Source: Podarcis vaucheri
Lineage: Eukaryota
DNA: 64,000 nt
Direction: 5' to 3' (one strand)
Assembly (NCBI GenBank): GCA_965113315.1
Contig: OZ220373.1
Positions 60,483-64,000 of the stretch are shown here, one piece after another. Numbering within the stretch: position 1 is the stretch's first letter; each line of letters opens with the position of its first letter. The position numbers and the translations under genes are program-made. The notes below the pieces were generated by a model. That model was not told the DNA's origin, ran no database searches, and worked only from the letters and a program-made list of their open reading frames with translations.

Positions 60483-62760
60483 TACTGGGAAATTAAACTT
60501 CATTGACTGGAGGCACAATGTAGGCCTGTCCTTCCAATAAGCCAACTGCTTTGAGGTTGTTGTTTTTTTACAATCAAGTAGTATGTCAATTTAATGAAAT
60601 AAATAAAGTAATACAGTGGAAAGCGAGTCTCCATCAGGGCATATAATCCCAAAGACTTTGGCTGGTTTTATGCTCCCCAAAGATTTCGGCTCATGTCTTG
60701 TGTATGTAGTTGACAGGAGAGGACCTCAGTTTAGAGAAAACATGCATCGTTGAAGCATTAGTACTGCTCACTAGGCCCAAATGATGGATCAACCCCCACC
60801 CAAAAATGTTTTGCTGGGTCAGACTGAAGACCTACCTGGTTCGACATTCTATTGCCAGCATCAGCCAGCCAGATGCTTCTGTGTACTCAGCAAGTAGGAC
60901 ATAAAAGTGACAACCTTTTCCTAACATGTATCCTCCATGCTAACTCCCAAATTAACCTCAAGGATCTGTTTACAGAGTCCCATTAGCAACAGAGAACAGA
61001 TGTATCTGTCTGAAAAAAGATCGAACCTGGCTTGCAGCTTACTTATGGAGAGCAAGAATTGCTGCCAGTCAGGCAAAGGAGGGAGGTTTGGGTGGATAAG
61101 TATGGATAATGGGTTCTTTTTTCTTCTTCTCCTCAGTTCCCCCACCCAGGCGCTGACATACTGCAAATTACTTCATCAGTATGTATGTTAAAACTTGCTA
61201 CAAAATATGGCATAGCAACCTTTGGACTAAAAGGTGCATGTATGGCCCAAATCTTCAAGACCCTGGCAAGACATGGGACAGCAACACATTTGCTCTGTCT
61301 TACTGGCTTCCTTGGGCAGCTGGGAGATTTGCATCCCCTCCCCTTTCTCTTATTGCTTTATTTGTAAGTTAAGGGTTCATGGCAGCTCAGAGCAATGTTG
61401 TTTTGCTTATCTTAAGACATATATATAAACAATCTCAATGATAAAACAGGGTTATCTACCAACCTTCCCGATAACATGCTGCCATATAGTATCCATTGGG
61501 TGTGTAATAGGAGTATTTATTTAAATTGCTAGGCAACAAGTTTAAAGGAGACTTAAACATAGTTTAAGTCTGTAAGCAATTCTGTAGCAAAGGGATCATG
61601 TCAACACAATGCAAATGGCACAGATTACGGTTAAGCTCCATGTAAATATCTGCTCCAAAACCCAGCAAACAGCTTATATGCAGACAACTGCCTGTGAACG
61701 TATTTGGTCCAACATGAGTCTCGTATTCCAGGTACAGTTTATTTGCTGACTGCTACCTTCTTCATGAACTATACAAGACCATGTAGCCCTGTCTCCTGGG
61801 ATACCCCTACAAGGACAGCAAGTCATGAATCACCTCTATATAGGATTTTTATTTTTCCGCGCTTTGGCTGGGTTGGGGGAGGGATAGGCCATTTTCAATA
61901 AACGCAAATGCTAAAAGACACGACAACAGCTGCATTTTCATAGGCAAAGAACAAGTCCAATTTCCACGTCAAGTAAATCTTTCCACTCCTGAGTCAGTAA
62001 GATTCAGGGCAGCTGCCCAGCTAACCAGAAGTTAGATTCCAAACAAGAACGGGGAAGGGATCAAAATCCACATCATAAAACCAACTTTATTTACCTTAAA
62101 ATCTTGCTAATGTTTCCCCTTTAAAAGCGTTTCTTCAGAAATTAGATTTTTTTTTAATCTTTTTTTTTTAGGTCAATTTTGCATTTTATTCTTCACTTGT
62201 TGCCCCCATTATGCCAGTCAAAGAATAGACTACATTCTCTCAACTGTCCACAAGGGAATGAATCATTCCCTTCATTCAGTTCTCTCTAAATAGATGCAAC
62301 CCCTTGCCGTCAGCCAGTTGTGCCCTGTAAGGAAGCAAAGGGGAGGGAAATGGACTATCATTAGCTCACTCCATTAAAGCAACCTTCACTCATTAGTTGT
62401 CAGCCTTCAGTATTCTCAAGGCATTCTAGCATGCAATTTTATAAATTCTTTCCAGATAACTGATAACAGAATATCTGCGAACATTCAATAGCCAAAATAA
62501 AAACCAGCCCATAAGCGTCTTTGCTAGTTCCCTCACTTTGCCGCTTAGCTCCTCACCAGTCTACCAAACAGATTGACCTGGCTGAGACCCTTTCAAAATG
62601 ACTCAAGTCCAAACCCTATGGGAGGGAGTTGAAAAGGAGAGGGTTGGTCTGAGTTCCCTCTGTCCCCCCCCCCCCGCGGCCCACTTCCCAAGGATTACTT
62701 TGCACACGACTACGTTGCTACAAAAATGTCACTTTCATGTAGAAAGCAAGCGAATTTTGT

Positions 62761-62845
62761 TAGAATCATAGAGTTAGAATCATAGAATCATAGAGAATTT
62801 TGTTAGAATCAAGAGTCTAGTCCAACCCCCTGCAAAGCAGGAATG
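62761..62845 (-). mobile_element. CR1 3' tail remnant
   Basis: (TAGAATCA)n followed by TCTAGTCCAACCCCCTGCAAAGCAGGAAT. Confidence 0.6.
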
Positions 62846-63834
62846 TTAGTAGTGAGTGACATGTGTGCATGTGAAAATTGACAGATGGGTCCACTCACTG
62901 CTGAAACCACATTACTGGAGCTACAGATATTGCTAGCCATGGATATTTGCACACACAATATATTATTAAGGTTACAAGTCTCAACTGAATTAACTGATTA
63001 ATTAAGGGAGGAAGGACTCCACTCTTATCTTTTTCCTATTGTGAACATCCAAAGCATTTTAGAAAACCTACGAATTGACAGAAACACACAAGTACATCAG
63101 CTAAGCAAGCTGTGGCATTGCTTGGTCACACATAAATAACTTGGGATATATCAGCCAACAGTGGAAGGGAAGAGCAGAGGATTAAACAGCTCAGCCTCTC
63201 CAGGCAGAGATTACTCCTAGTTGTGAACACATTTATCCTAGCATGTCACCTCCCTTGAAAAGGGGACACTACAGAAAATGAAACTTCTTCAGCTCAACTG
63301 ACACATCTCCAGATATTTCTAATGAATAGAAGTAAGCAAGCAAACATGCAAGGGACATGTGTGGGTGTGTCCCCACTGTTGCTGTCAAAACCTATCACCC
63401 TAATGACCACCTCCAGGTGTAAAAAAAAAAAAGAAGGTCTTAAATGCTTTTCTAAGACCACAATTCAAATCTAAATTGCCTGTTACAGCAGCATCAGTGT
63501 TACTGGAAAGGGAGGGGCAAAAGGAATTAACACTCTGACACAGACTGTGGCCGTTACAATCCTGGGCTTGTGGCTCAGCAAGCTGATTTAAGTAACTGAC
63601 AAACTGTGGGATCTACCTGAAGGCCAGAGCAGACACTCCCACAGAAAAGAAGCTGCAACTTACTGCATTCTGGAAGAAGTTAATGGATATATGGTAGTTT
63701 GAAGTGAATGGCAATGAGCTGAGGAGAGTCTAGGGAAATTCTATTGGTTCCACCAGTCATCCTGGCAGAGCTGTAATCTAGTTGCCAATGTGGTGGCTGT
63801 ACTATCATAGCCTTTTTGGTTGGGTTTTGTTTTC

Positions 63835-63862
<28 letters not shown>
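63835..63862. repeat. (GT)14 microsatellite
   Basis: Direct reading. Confidence 0.95.
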
Positions 63863-63865
<3 letters not shown>

Positions 63866-64000
63866 CAGTCACACTAACATAAGTCAGATTCCTCCAGCCC
63901 TCAGGAGGCTGAAATTTCAGGCGTCTGGTTATGATTAACCCAGGCTGTGAGTAATGCCACATGTTAGGAACTGGGGAGTCACGAGCAGCACACAACTGCA

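Noticed and set aside
63655-63740. Minus-strand AG...GTAAGT segment as the next PLPP1 exon
   Set aside because: Translation lacks the expected SFYSGH (PAP2 C2) motif; the real exon must lie beyond the window.
1-64000. CRISPR arrays, operons, defence systems or endogenous viral genes
   Set aside because: Spliced vertebrate locus; no regularly spaced repeats, and no ORF with viral or prokaryotic signatures was recognisable.

Overview
Vertebrate genomic DNA, most likely a squamate and probably a lacertid lizard, judged from the SINE, L2 and MITE repertoire (inference). It holds the conserved DHX29 - MTREX (SKIV2L2/MTR4) - PLPP1 (PPAP2A) block. DHX29 coding exons 1-6 are on the minus strand and the gene continues off the left edge. 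MTREX is complete on the plus strand: 27 exons, 7635-47161, 3123 nt CDS, 1040 aa, all GT-AG with consistent phases. The last two coding exons of PLPP1 are on the minus strand, tail-to-tail with MTREX; from 49318 to the end is PLPP1 intron. Introns carry many non-autonomous elements: hAT and Tc1/mariner MITEs, L2 and CR1 fragments, tRNA-derived SINEs and a solo LTR. I see no convincing new multi-gene system. Best leads: (1) a nested hAT-MITE/L2 insertion inside the DHX29-MTREX head-to-head promoter; (2) a palindrome giving ATTAAA on both strands between the convergent MTREX and PLPP1 stops; (3) several strong unused splice acceptors in MTREX introns that would give poison or prematurely polyadenylated transcripts, possibly autoregulation; (4) a solo LTR that is mostly one open reading frame; (5) a MITE carrying telomeric TTAGGG units. 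All coordinates were read by eye; repeat family names are from memory, not from a database search.
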